Shown piece after piece: positions 22,771-30,870 of a DNA stretch of 42,784 nt; position 1 is the stretch's first letter; each line of letters begins with the position of its first letter. The notes beneath the pieces are model-generated. The model saw nothing but the letters and a program-made list of their open reading frames with translations. It searched no databases and was not told the origin of the DNA. Position numbers and translations under genes: made by a program. The DNA is taken from IMG/VR virus record IMGVR_UViG_3300045988_017185; one strand, 5' to 3'. Source of the DNA: a virus.

Positions 22771-25425
22771 ATGGTTGACTTAAGGAAAGATACAAGTTAT
22801 GAATCTCTTGTGTCTCAATACGGGGAATCTCTTGTTAACCAAGAGATAGACCTAGAGCTTGAGTCTAAGGAAATTGCAAAAGAAAAGTTTTTGCATGATC
22901 TTTATGCTCAGAACAACCCTTCATTAAACAAGCTGAAGGAGAGAAAACAGTCTCAGCTAAAGGGAACTACAGGAACACTTTTAAAGGAGTGCATTCCTGT
23001 CTTTCAACAAGGCTTAGAGAGATACTATAAGGCAGTAGATACAGGCAGACCCGGTAAAAGACACATCATTTGTAGTCTTTTCAGGGAAATGCCAACACAG
23101 TATATTGCCTATGTGTCTCTCAAGGCTATCTTGTCTAGAACAGTCGGAGTTAAGAAAACCATTGTAGGATTGTCGAATCTCTGCAAGGGTATAGGTGCAG
23201 ACATAGAACAAGAGCTGCGCTTTAGTCGTATCTTTAACTCTTTGGAAGACAAGAGAAAGACTCAAGTCAGTCAAGGCTTGTCTAAGCGTATTGGTTTGTC
23301 TTATCGTGAAGCCTTTATGAGGTATATCGAAAAGACAAGCATCGAAGACGGTCTGATAGATGACTGGAAAAAGTGGAGTGAAGAACAAAAAGTTACAGCC
23401 GGTCTTAAACTTGTAGAGATCTTTATAGAATCTACAGGACTTGCTAAACTCCAAAAGACAAGTCAGATCAACACGAAGGGGTATTGCTATCTCTTTGTCT
23501 TCGATCAAATGATGCTTGACTATATCGACCACAATGACGAAATGTTGGCCGATATGTGCTTTAAGTTTAGACCTATGGTAATACCTCCGAAGGACTGGAC
23601 AAGTCCCTATGATGGAGGCTATTACATTAACTTAAAGCGTCAACCCTTGTTAATCAAGGAATCAAAAAAGGAAGTCGCAGACTTTTATAAAGACGTTGAC
23701 ATGCCCAATGTGTATAAGGCTGTCAATGCTATCCAAAAGACTGCGTGGAGAATCAACCGTAGAGTTCTGGACGTAGCTAACGAAATACTTGATTGGAAGG
23801 CTATACCTGAAGCCTTAGGGATTCCATCAGCCGAGCCTGAAGAGAAACCATTAAGACCGGCTGAAGCTGACACCAATGAGGAAGTCGCTAAGGAGTGGCG
23901 TGTGAGAATGACTCACTACTATTCACGTCAAGCAAGCCTTAGGGGTAAAAGAATCCTAGCTAATGCTCTTGTCTCTATGGCAGATTCCTATAAGGACTAT
24001 GAGGCAATCTACTTTCCTCATAACTTAGACTTCAGGGGAAGAGTCTATCCGATGACTACTCTCAGTCCACAAGGATGTGATTTGTCTAAGGGGCTTTTGG
24101 AGTTCTCTGAAGGTATTCCTTTAGGGGAACATGGAGCAACATGGCTAGCCTTTCAAGGAGCTAATTGCTTTGGCCTTGACAAAAAGCCTATGCAAGAGCG
24201 TCTTGAGTGGGTGTATAGCAACTCTGCCATGATTGTCTCCATTGCTCAGAATCCTTTGGAAAACCTTCAATGGGTAGATACAGACTCACCGTGGGAATTC
24301 CTAGCGTTTTGCTTTGAGTGGGCCGATTATCTGGCAAAAGGGGAACTCTTTGTCTCTCACTTGCCTGTAGCCTTTGATGGCTCCTGTAGTGGACTGCAAC
24401 ACTTCTCAGCGATGCTTAAAGACGCTATCGGGGGGAAGGCTGTCAATCTTGTTCCTAGCGATACCGTTCAGGACATTTACAAGATTGTTGCAGACAAGGT
24501 TACAGGGTATCTCAAAGAAGATGCTCATAATGGCTCTCAGGACGCGATAGAGGCTCTTGAGGATGGGGGGCAATACCTTCGTAAGGGTACATCGTCTTTA
24601 GCTCAAGAATGGCTCTCCTACGGCGTTACACGCAAGGTTACTAAGCGTAGCACCATGACGCTGTGTTATGGCTCTAAGCAATATGGGTTTGCCGAGCAAG
24701 TGCTAGAGGATACAATCCTACCGGCCATTGCAAAGAATCCTACAGCATTTTCCAAGCCACAACAGGCAGCTCGATACATGGCTGCTTTGATATGGAAGGC
24801 TCTTGGTGACGTTGTAGTCAAGTCTGTCGAAGCAATGGATTGGCTACAAATTGTCTCTGGCCTATTGGCTACTGATAAGGACTATAAAGGGAATGCTTTA
24901 CCGGTTACTTGGGTAACACCTGCGGGATTCCCTGTCAGACAGAAGTATCAGAAGCCTAAGCTGAAGAACATTAAGACTGTCCTTAATGGCTCTATCACGA
25001 TTATTGAACCTGATGGTGAGAAACAGTTAACTGAAGGCACGGCTTTAAATACATCAGTCCAAGTCGCTGATGGAAACAAGCTTGATACTAGAAAGCAACG
25101 CCAAGGGATTGCACCTAACTTTGTTCACAGTATGGATGCAAGTCACTTGATGCTTACGGTATGTGCCTGCGTTGACAAGGGTATCAATGCGTTTGCAATG
25201 ATTCATGATTCCTATGGTACTCATGCAGGGAAGGCAGACATTCTCTATCAGACTGTTAGGGAAGTGTTTGTCAACACCTACACAGAACATGATGTCCTTC
25301 AGGAGCTACACGATCATGTAGCAAACCAATTGAGACCTTCGACTCTCAAGGATTTGCCTAAGCCTCCGACTAAAGGAGACTTGGACTTGAACCTTGTCTT
25401 ACAGAGTCTTTATGCTTTCTCCTGA
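22771..25425 (+). CDS. single-subunit DNA-directed RNA polymerase (T7 gp1-like)
   Basis: 884 aa (T7 RNAP is 883 aa). Motifs AFDGSCSGLQHFSAM, RKVTKRSTMTLCYGS, IAPNFVHSMDASHL, MIHDSYGTH and a C-terminal YAFS. Confidence 0.97.
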   Translation: MVDLRKDTSYESLVSQYGESLVNQEIDLELESKEIAKEKFLHDLYAQNNPSLNKLKERKQSQLKGTTGTLLKECIPVFQQGLERYYKAVDTGRPGKRHIICSLFREMPTQYIAYVSLKAILSRTVGVKKTIVGLSNLCKGIGADIEQELRFSRIFNSLEDKRKTQVSQGLSKRIGLSYREAFMRYIEKTSIEDGLIDDWKKWSEEQKVTAGLKLVEIFIESTGLAKLQKTSQINTKGYCYLFVFDQMMLDYIDHNDEMLADMCFKFRPMVIPPKDWTSPYDGGYYINLKRQPLLIKESKKEVADFYKDVDMPNVYKAVNAIQKTAWRINRRVLDVANEILDWKAIPEALGIPSAEPEEKPLRPAEADTNEEVAKEWRVRMTHYYSRQASLRGKRILANALVSMADSYKDYEAIYFPHNLDFRGRVYPMTTLSPQGCDLSKGLLEFSEGIPLGEHGATWLAFQGANCFGLDKKPMQERLEWVYSNSAMIVSIAQNPLENLQWVDTDSPWEFLAFCFEWADYLAKGELFVSHLPVAFDGSCSGLQHFSAMLKDAIGGKAVNLVPSDTVQDIYKIVADKVTGYLKEDAHNGSQDAIEALEDGGQYLRKGTSSLAQEWLSYGVTRKVTKRSTMTLCYGSKQYGFAEQVLEDTILPAIAKNPTAFSKPQQAARYMAALIWKALGDVVVKSVEAMDWLQIVSGLLATDKDYKGNALPVTWVTPAGFPVRQKYQKPKLKNIKTVLNGSITIIEPDGEKQLTEGTALNTSVQVADGNKLDTRKQRQGIAPNFVHSMDASHLMLTVCACVDKGINAFAMIHDSYGTHAGKADILYQTVREVFVNTYTEHDVLQELHDHVANQLRPSTLKDLPKPPTKGDLDLNLVLQSLYAFS

Positions 25426-25444
25426 TATAATCTGACTGTAAGAA
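25424..25444 (+). promoter_or_regulatory. phage RNAP promoter (GATATAATCTGACTGTAAGAA)
   Basis: Family member that overlaps the RNAP stop codon. Confidence 0.7.
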
Positions 25445-25460
25445 AAAACAAATCAACTTT

Positions 25461-25496
25461 GCCCTAGGTGCCAAGTGTGCCTAGGGTTTTCTTTTA
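25461..25496 (+). terminator. CCCTAGG hairpin plus T-run (candidate early terminator after gene 1)
   Basis: GCCCTAGGTG..CCTAGGG followed by TTTTCTTTTAT. Confidence 0.7.
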
Positions 25497-25520
25497 TATT
25501 AACTTTTACGAAGATAAATT

Positions 25521-26186
25521 ATGCAAGCAGTTAAAGCTCCGCGTTATACGACTCCCCTTGGTGTTGCTCAGTATCCTTGGCTTGTCGAACCTGATACTAA
25601 GTTCAATCCTGATGGCGACTATAAGGTGAACATGTTGTTTGCCAAATGGACACCTGAACTCAAGTACATTGTCAATGATCTCAATCAAATGCTTGAGGAA
25701 TACTATCAGGCAATTATCACAGACCCTAAGTATGCTAAGAATGCCTCAAAGATTCAGAAGGCGGACATCTGGGAGGAAGATTGCGATGGAAACATCGTGA
25801 TGAAGTTCAAACAAAAGGCTATCATCAAGTCAATCAAGGGTACTCATGAAGTTAAGATTCCGATCTTTGATTCTAAGGGTAAGCCTTTGTCTGATATTAA
25901 GCTCGGTGGTGGCTCTCAGATCAAGCTTTGTTTCTCAGCAGCTCCCTACTATGTGCCTTCGACTCGCATGTGTGGCTTGTCTCTTCGTCCTGTAGCAGTC
26001 CAAGTGATTGAACTCAAAGAATGGGCTGAAGGAGGCACGATGCAAGCCTATGGGTTTGAATCTGAAGATGGTTATGAAAGTGAAGCTAAGGACGAGGAAG
26101 AAGACCCTCCGTTTGAAAACTTTACTAACGACCCCATTCCTGATCTTGCTGATGATGACCCTCGCACCGGAGCTAATCAGTTCTAA
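25521..26186 (+). CDS. single-stranded DNA-binding protein (T7 gp2.5-like)
   Basis: 221 aa. GGGSQIKL block and an acidic C-terminal tail ending in F, as in gp2.5. Synteny agrees. Confidence 0.85.
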   Translation: MQAVKAPRYTTPLGVAQYPWLVEPDTKFNPDGDYKVNMLFAKWTPELKYIVNDLNQMLEEYYQAIITDPKYAKNASKIQKADIWEEDCDGNIVMKFKQKAIIKSIKGTHEVKIPIFDSKGKPLSDIKLGGGSQIKLCFSAAPYYVPSTRMCGLSLRPVAVQVIELKEWAEGGTMQAYGFESEDGYESEAKDEEEDPPFENFTNDPIPDLADDDPRTGANQF

Positions 26187-26189
26187 AAT

Positions 26190-26645
26190 ATGACAACTCG
26201 AAGTGCCTGCTATAGCCGTTATGGTAGGCACAACAGATCGACCTATCGGAGTGGGCTTGAGCAGGCAGTAGATGAACTCCTCAAGTCCCATTCTATAGAT
26301 GGGCGATATGAGCAATTTTATATTGACTATGTTGTGCCTGAATCAGAACACAAATATACGCCTGACTTTGTGCTACCTAACGGAATCATTATAGAAACTA
26401 AAGGCGTCTGGGATGCTGAAGACAGAAAGAAACACCTGTTAATTAAAGAACAACATCCTGAATTGGACATTCGTTTTGTCTTTAATAGATCGAAGAGTCC
26501 AATATATAAAGGCTCAAAGACAACTTATGCGTCTTTCTGTGAGAAATATGGATTCAAGTATTCTGACAAAAAGATACCTGAGGAATGGTTTAAGGAGTCT
26601 AAACGTAAATACTCAAAGACTATTCTAAAGGAAAAGAAGAAATAA
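26190..26645 (+). CDS. endonuclease I / Holliday junction resolvase (T7 gp3-like)
   Basis: YRSGLEQAV...HKYTPDFVLPNGIIIETKGVWDAEDRKKHLLIKEQHPELDIRFVF...YKGSKTTYASFCEKYGFKY is nearly collinear with T7 gp3. Confidence 0.95.
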   Translation: MTTRSACYSRYGRHNRSTYRSGLEQAVDELLKSHSIDGRYEQFYIDYVVPESEHKYTPDFVLPNGIIIETKGVWDAEDRKKHLLIKEQHPELDIRFVFNRSKSPIYKGSKTTYASFCEKYGFKYSDKKIPEEWFKESKRKYSKTILKEKKK

Positions 26646-27226
26646 TGAAGACAGACTTTCATAAGAATTTTATAAAGGTAAAGTCTAGAACATCAACTAA
26701 ATATATTGTCGTTCATTGCTCTGCAACTCAGAATAAACCTGAGATTGACTGGAAGACCATTGACAGGATGCACAGAGAGAATGGATGGCTTATGTGTGGT
26801 TATCACTATGTGATTAAGACCGATGGAACAATTCAAAATGGACGTGATAGGGAGGCTATAGGTGCTCATGTATCTGGATTTAATGATTGCTCTATCGGCA
26901 TTTGTCTTGTGGGTGGTGTGGATTCTAAGTCAAAACCCATAGATAACTTTACTGATGAACAAAAGGAAGCTCTTGCGCAGCTCCTTCTGGAACTCAAGAA
27001 TGAGTATCCTGAAGCTGTCATTCAAGGACACAGAGACTTTGAGGGTGTAGCGAAGGATTGCCCATGCTTTGACGTAAAGAAGTGGATGGAGAAGCATTGT
27101 AAGCTAGTAGCTTTTTCTGATGGAGAACTACCGGCTATCTTTGCTAAATACAACTTGTCTTTGTCTATTTTTGATGCCTTGAATCCTAACTTCAATGATA
27201 CCTCTAGGTTTGTAAGGGTGCGCTAA
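26645..27226 (+). CDS. N-acetylmuramoyl-L-alanine amidase (T7 gp3.5 lysozyme-like) with a ~40-aa C-terminal LysM-like extension
   Basis: YIVVHCSAT...GYHYVIKTDGTIQNGRD...GAHVSGFNDCSIGICLVGG...KDCPCFDVKKW parallels T7 lysozyme. The extra tail reads GELPAIFAKYNLSLSIFDALNP. Confidence 0.9.
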   Translation: MKTDFHKNFIKVKSRTSTKYIVVHCSATQNKPEIDWKTIDRMHRENGWLMCGYHYVIKTDGTIQNGRDREAIGAHVSGFNDCSIGICLVGGVDSKSKPIDNFTDEQKEALAQLLLELKNEYPEAVIQGHRDFEGVAKDCPCFDVKKWMEKHCKLVAFSDGELPAIFAKYNLSLSIFDALNPNFNDTSRFVRVR

Positions 27227-27681
27227 TGAAGGTTACTGTCATAGCTTCCATTTTGTCTCTTATTGCCGGTGGCTATATTGGTTATAAGATAGCTAATGAT
27301 GATCTTCAGGAGTACATTCAAGCATCACTAAAGGCTTACAATGAAACTGAACAACTTAACAAGGAGGCTATGCAGGAACTTGAAAAAGAGAAGGACAACA
27401 TTATATCAAACCTCATTGTCTCACTTGATGCAATGCGGGATTATCAGTATGCTATTAGGGACTCTGCTAACAGGGTGTACAACGACACCCGTAGCAGTAA
27501 CGACAGAGACACCAAAACTGATGATTCCTGCGGAACTCTTAGAGAAACACTCAGGGAACGCTCAGAACTACTCGGAAGATGTTCTAAGCTTCTTGAACGA
27601 GGCACAGAAGAGCGTACAGAAGAAGCCTTAAAGCATGATACTCTAGTTGACATTGTGAAGAGCTATCAAGCCAAACAATAA
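27226..27681 (+). CDS. i-spanin (Rz-like)
   Basis: 151 aa with an N-terminal TM (VIASILSLIAGGYIGY) followed by a charged coiled-coil-like periplasmic region. It contains an embedded lipoprotein ORF in another frame. Confidence 0.7.
   Translation: MKVTVIASILSLIAGGYIGYKIANDDLQEYIQASLKAYNETEQLNKEAMQELEKEKDNIISNLIVSLDAMRDYQYAIRDSANRVYNDTRSSNDRDTKTDDSCGTLRETLRERSELLGRCSKLLERGTEERTEEALKHDTLVDIVKSYQAKQ
27428..27631 (+). CDS. o-spanin (Rz1-like lipoprotein) embedded in the i-spanin gene
   Basis: MQCGIISMLLGTLLTG-C lipobox, then a Thr/Pro-rich mature part. It lies entirely inside 27226-27681 in a different frame. Confidence 0.7.
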   Translation: MQCGIISMLLGTLLTGCTTTPVAVTTETPKLMIPAELLEKHSGNAQNYSEDVLSFLNEAQKSVQKKP

Positions 27682-27697
27682 AATCTGACTGTAAGAA
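27677..27697 (+). promoter_or_regulatory. phage RNAP promoter (AATAAAATCTGACTGTAAGAA)
   Basis: Exact consensus. It overlaps the i-spanin stop codon. Confidence 0.75.
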
Positions 27698-27721
27698 TAC
27701 AACTCTCACTAGGAGAAAACT

Positions 27722-28123
27722 ATGAAATATAAGTTCACACTCAAAGATCAGTACAAAAAGCTGAAAGATCTTTATCCTGAAATTGAAGATAGAGTTACAG
27801 AAGCAGTTGAAGCTGAGGGTTGTTATAACACTTTTGGTGACTATTTGAGTATTCATAACGTTGTAACGGGCTGCTATGATAGACTTTGGGTTTCAGAAAA
27901 CTTCTTCGAAAAAGAAGACACCAGAACGTATTTCGTAAAGACCACTAATCCTCTTAGCAAGGTATTGAATGGTTATGTTCTTGATGATAAGCAATATAAA
28001 GAACTCCAACAGGCTATTAAAGATCAGATAGATGACGGTACTAGTTTCGTTAGTATCTCATTGACAATTTTTGGACATGAGCAATGCTTCAATATTGATA
28101 AGGAATATATTGGAGAAGAGTAA
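27722..28123 (+). CDS. hypothetical protein
   Basis: 133-aa ORF with AGGAGAA SD. Confidence 0.7.
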   Translation: MKYKFTLKDQYKKLKDLYPEIEDRVTEAVEAEGCYNTFGDYLSIHNVVTGCYDRLWVSENFFEKEDTRTYFVKTTNPLSKVLNGYVLDDKQYKELQQAIKDQIDDGTSFVSISLTIFGHEQCFNIDKEYIGEE

Positions 28124-28129
28124 TATTTA

Positions 28130-28516
28130 ATGTTTGAAATTCTGTGTGATATAAAGAAGGGTGATTATGTGTATGCTAAAGTGCCTAATCACCCACACGC
28201 AACTAAGAATGGATATGTTCTGAAACACCGTGTGGTTGTTGAAAATTATTTAGGGCGTGTTCTTGAATCTTGGGAAGTTGTTCATCATAAAGATGGAAAC
28301 AAGCTAAACAATGATATTTCTAATTTAGAAGTATTATCAAACCAAGATCATGCAAGAATGCACTCTAGTAAAGGAAGAAAATATATAACCCTTGTTTGTC
28401 CAGAGTGTGGTAAGGAGTTTGTAAGAGAACTTAGACAAGCATATAAGGGTAATAAGAGATGTTTCTGTTCTAGAAAATGTAATGGGAAATTTTATAAGCA
28501 TCTGACGGTAGCATAA
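28130..28516 (+). CDS. HNH homing-type endonuclease
   Basis: HRVVVENYLGR...VVHHKDGNKLNNDISNLEVLSNQDHARMH (HNH motif) plus a C-terminal CPECG...C.C..KC zinc-finger-like region. Confidence 0.85.
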   Translation: MFEILCDIKKGDYVYAKVPNHPHATKNGYVLKHRVVVENYLGRVLESWEVVHHKDGNKLNNDISNLEVLSNQDHARMHSSKGRKYITLVCPECGKEFVRELRQAYKGNKRCFCSRKCNGKFYKHLTVA

Positions 28517-28577
28517 TTGGAGATGCACCAATCTTCTAAATTGGAGAATGTGGGTTCGAGTCCCACCCGTCAGACCA
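28502..28577 (+). tRNA. tRNA-Arg (anticodon UCU), CCA encoded
   Basis: Hand-folded cloverleaf. Acceptor CTGACGG/CCGTCAG. D arm GCAT-AATTGGAG-ATGC. Anticodon arm CCAAT-CTTCTAA-ATTGG. T arm GTGGG-TTCGAGT-CCCAC. Discriminator A, then CCA. 76 nt. Confidence 0.9.
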
Positions 28578-28589
28578 AAAGGATATTAA

Positions 28590-29069
28590 ATGCACGAAGA
28601 TAAAGACATTAGCGTAGCAGGATATAGTGAAAATCCTTTGTTTGATAATCGAGACAGAATTTTCGACTATGATGATGAGCAAATGGTTCATTTCATTGGA
28701 AAGCACTATGGTTTCTGGAAGCAGCTCGAAAAGCTAAACGAAGAGACAGACGAACTCCGGCATGAGGTGTTGACCCTTCTGTCTATGAAGGATGCCTACG
28801 ATGCAGGTGACTATGAGAATGAAGCTGATGAAGATGGTACCGCTGAAGATTACTTTAAGATGGATACCGCACATCAGTTCTATAAGACTGCCGAAGAAAT
28901 TGCAGATACGCTTGTAGTCATTAAGACAATCCTTGTAGAGAAACCTGAACTGAATAAACTGGTTGAATCATTCGTTAAAATGAAAACTACTCGTCAAGCC
29001 TATCGTATTGCAACAGGATATGATTTTGTGGGTATGACTTCGTATGTATTTGCAGCAGCAGAAAGATGA
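28590..29069 (+). CDS. hypothetical protein, possibly MazG-like nucleotide pyrophosphohydrolase
   Basis: 159 aa. KLNEETDELRHE and AEEIADTLVV resemble the paired E..E / E..D helices of the all-alpha NTP-PPase fold. Confidence 0.4.
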   Translation: MHEDKDISVAGYSENPLFDNRDRIFDYDDEQMVHFIGKHYGFWKQLEKLNEETDELRHEVLTLLSMKDAYDAGDYENEADEDGTAEDYFKMDTAHQFYKTAEEIADTLVVIKTILVEKPELNKLVESFVKMKTTRQAYRIATGYDFVGMTSYVFAAAER

Positions 29070-29344
29070 TTGAAAAAGACGAAAACAAAGATAACCTTGA
29101 AGCTAGTGGTGCCCATTATCGTAAATGTGGAGTAGAGCCTTTTGCTGTGATGTTCTCCACGCTTACCGATGAGGAAATGAAAGGCTTCATTAAGGGTAAC
29201 ATCATTAAGTATTCCATTCGTAATGGTGCTAAAGATAGTGATAACTCTAAGGATGTCCAGAAGGCTAAGTTCTACATGCAAATGCTTGGAGAATATGCCT
29301 ACTATAAGGAATACTATAGAGACACTTATTTTTGTGAGGATTAA
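29066..29344 (+). CDS. DUF3310-like phage protein
   Basis: 92 aa. GVEPFAVM...FIKGNIIKYSIRNG.K......DVQKAKFYMQML resembles my memory of the DUF3310 signature. Confidence 0.5.
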   Translation: MIEKDENKDNLEASGAHYRKCGVEPFAVMFSTLTDEEMKGFIKGNIIKYSIRNGAKDSDNSKDVQKAKFYMQMLGEYAYYKEYYRDTYFCED

Positions 29345-29349
29345 GAATC

Positions 29350-29790
29350 ATGGGACTTGATTGTCATATTTATGCAGTTCCTTATAGCCTGCACAACAAG
29401 ATTAAGACAGATTGTAATGACGATGGGGACTTCATTGTACCTTCTCCTTTTCTTGAAGACATAGAGTGTCCTGATGCCTATACCGGTACTGAAGGTAACT
29501 TTATTGATTTCTGTCATCTTGTAGCTTACTGGCGTAAGAACTGGTTTATTTATACGTTCTTTGAAGAGTTCTATCCGAGTTACGAGAATGCTGACTACCG
29601 TCTGTTGGATGATATTGCTATTGAACGTCTCATTAGAGAACTGAAAGTTACACCTCAAGCTGAATACAATGCCATTAACGGTAATGATTATAGTGTTGTA
29701 GAGGCTGACATTGAACACCTGGGTAAGATTCTTGAGATGATGCGTAAGTATAAAGGAATCCTAGAGTTTTACTGGGAGGGTGATTATTAA
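29350..29790 (+). CDS. hypothetical protein
   Basis: 146-aa ORF (MGLDCHIYAV...AYWRKNWFIY...). Confidence 0.7.
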   Translation: MGLDCHIYAVPYSLHNKIKTDCNDDGDFIVPSPFLEDIECPDAYTGTEGNFIDFCHLVAYWRKNWFIYTFFEEFYPSYENADYRLLDDIAIERLIRELKVTPQAEYNAINGNDYSVVEADIEHLGKILEMMRKYKGILEFYWEGDY

Positions 29791-29794
29791 CTCA

Positions 29795-29815
29795 GATTAA
29801 ATCTGACTGTAAGAA
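29795..29815 (+). promoter_or_regulatory. phage RNAP promoter (GATTAAATCTGACTGTAAGAA)
   Basis: Family member. Intergenic. Confidence 0.7.
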
Positions 29816-29850
29816 GAGTGAGGTCAGGTCATGCCCCATTCTTCTACTTT

Positions 29851-29972
29851 AGGCGAGTTGCTAATGTTGGTCTTGGAGTTGGTCTTATAAACCAATAAAC
29901 AGAAAGAAAGCGCTGTCTAGATAAGGCAGGTCTTATGACTGAACGTGGGTTCGATTCCCACCTCGCCTACCA
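29851..29972 (+). tRNA. aberrant 122-nt tRNA-like element (acceptor, D arm, UAU anticodon arm and T arm present; ~49-nt insertion before the T arm)
   Basis: Acceptor AGGCGAG pairs 7/7 with CTCGCCT, followed by A-CCA. T arm GTGGG-TTCGATT-CCCAC. Anticodon arm TTGGT-CTTATAA-ACCAA. 49 nt lie between the anticodon arm and the T arm, against the usual 4-5 (or 13-21 in class II tRNAs). Confidence 0.5.
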
Positions 29973-29994
29973 AACAAACACAAGGAGAAATACT

Positions 29995-30870
29995 TTGCTT
30001 AACCATACGATCAATGACACCACGACTATTCAAGGTCAGTCTGTCGCTACGGTGATCGAAGATACGACTTATAAAGGCTCTCGTATCACAACCCTTGAGC
30101 TTGTCTATCCTCGGTATATCCATAGTGAGTTTATGACTCACCGAATGTTTAGCCGTAATGCTTCTTCTAGTCGTGCTATTCCTATCGAAAAGGTATCCAA
30201 TGAAGTTATTACTGACCCTGTAGGTTTTGACTATGTAGGACTCAATCAGTCTGGCATGGTGGCTGCTGAAGAACTCCCTGAGAATCTGAAAGAAGAGTTT
30301 CTTGAAGATTGGAAACTCTGGGGTATGCAGACTGCACTTAAAGTAAAACTGTGGGCTAAGAAGTACAACATCCATAAGCAAACCTTGAATCGTGCTTTGG
30401 AGCCTTGGAGTCGCATTAAGGTACTTGTAACTGCGACTGAGTGGGATAACTTCTTTAAGCTTAGACTGGCATCGGATGCACAACCTGAGATTCAGAACTT
30501 GGCTCAGGCTATGAAGTCAGCTATGGATGCTTCTAAACCGGTAGAGTCTAAGATTCACTTGCCTTATGCTGATCTAAAGGGACGCAAGTACACGTATGAA
30601 GATATTTATCATTCTGTAGCTCGTTGTGCCCGTGTGTCTTACAACAATAACGGTGGTACTACGAGTACAGTCGAAGAAGACAAGAAGCTGTTTGATAGAC
30701 TGAAGGATAGTGGACATTGGTCTCCTTTTGAACATCTTGCAGAATACTTTGGTGGTTATGAGATGTATGCTAACTTTCATAATTGGCGTTCCTTGAGAAA
30801 CATTTATGAAGAACAAAGCAACATTGATAAACTTGTGGAGTATATCCACGAAATCTTTAAGGAAAAGTAA
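29995..30870 (+). CDS. thyX: FAD-dependent thymidylate synthase ThyX-like protein with permuted motif order
   Basis: TTG start with AGGAGA SD 6 nt upstream (the ATG at 29935 lies in the tRNA-like T arm). Motifs: EFMTHRMFSRNASSSRAIP (RHR..S....S.R type), LEPW..IKVLVTATEWDNFFKLRL...AQPEIQ (core) and, near the C-terminus, ARCARVSY...DSGHWSPFEH. Confidence 0.7.
   Translation: MLNHTINDTTTIQGQSVATVIEDTTYKGSRITTLELVYPRYIHSEFMTHRMFSRNASSSRAIPIEKVSNEVITDPVGFDYVGLNQSGMVAAEELPENLKEEFLEDWKLWGMQTALKVKLWAKKYNIHKQTLNRALEPWSRIKVLVTATEWDNFFKLRLASDAQPEIQNLAQAMKSAMDASKPVESKIHLPYADLKGRKYTYEDIYHSVARCARVSYNNNGGTTSTVEEDKKLFDRLKDSGHWSPFEHLAEYFGGYEMYANFHNWRSLRNIYEEQSNIDKLVEYIHEIFKEK

Noticed and set aside
27341-27427. 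A longer 96-aa version of the embedded spanin ORF starting at 27341
   Set aside because: The first 29 residues are highly basic and are not signal-like. The internal Met at 27428 gives a canonical lipoprotein signal peptide (MQCGIISMLLGTLLTG-C).
29935-29994. ATG at 29935 as the ThyX start, and ATG at 31301 as the start of the 84-aa ORF
   Set aside because: Both N-terminal extensions run through tRNA or tRNA-like T arms and acceptor stems (translated ..RGFDSH.. and ..LVRFQVP..). Downstream in-frame starts with proper SD sequences exist (TTG 29995 and ATG 31373).
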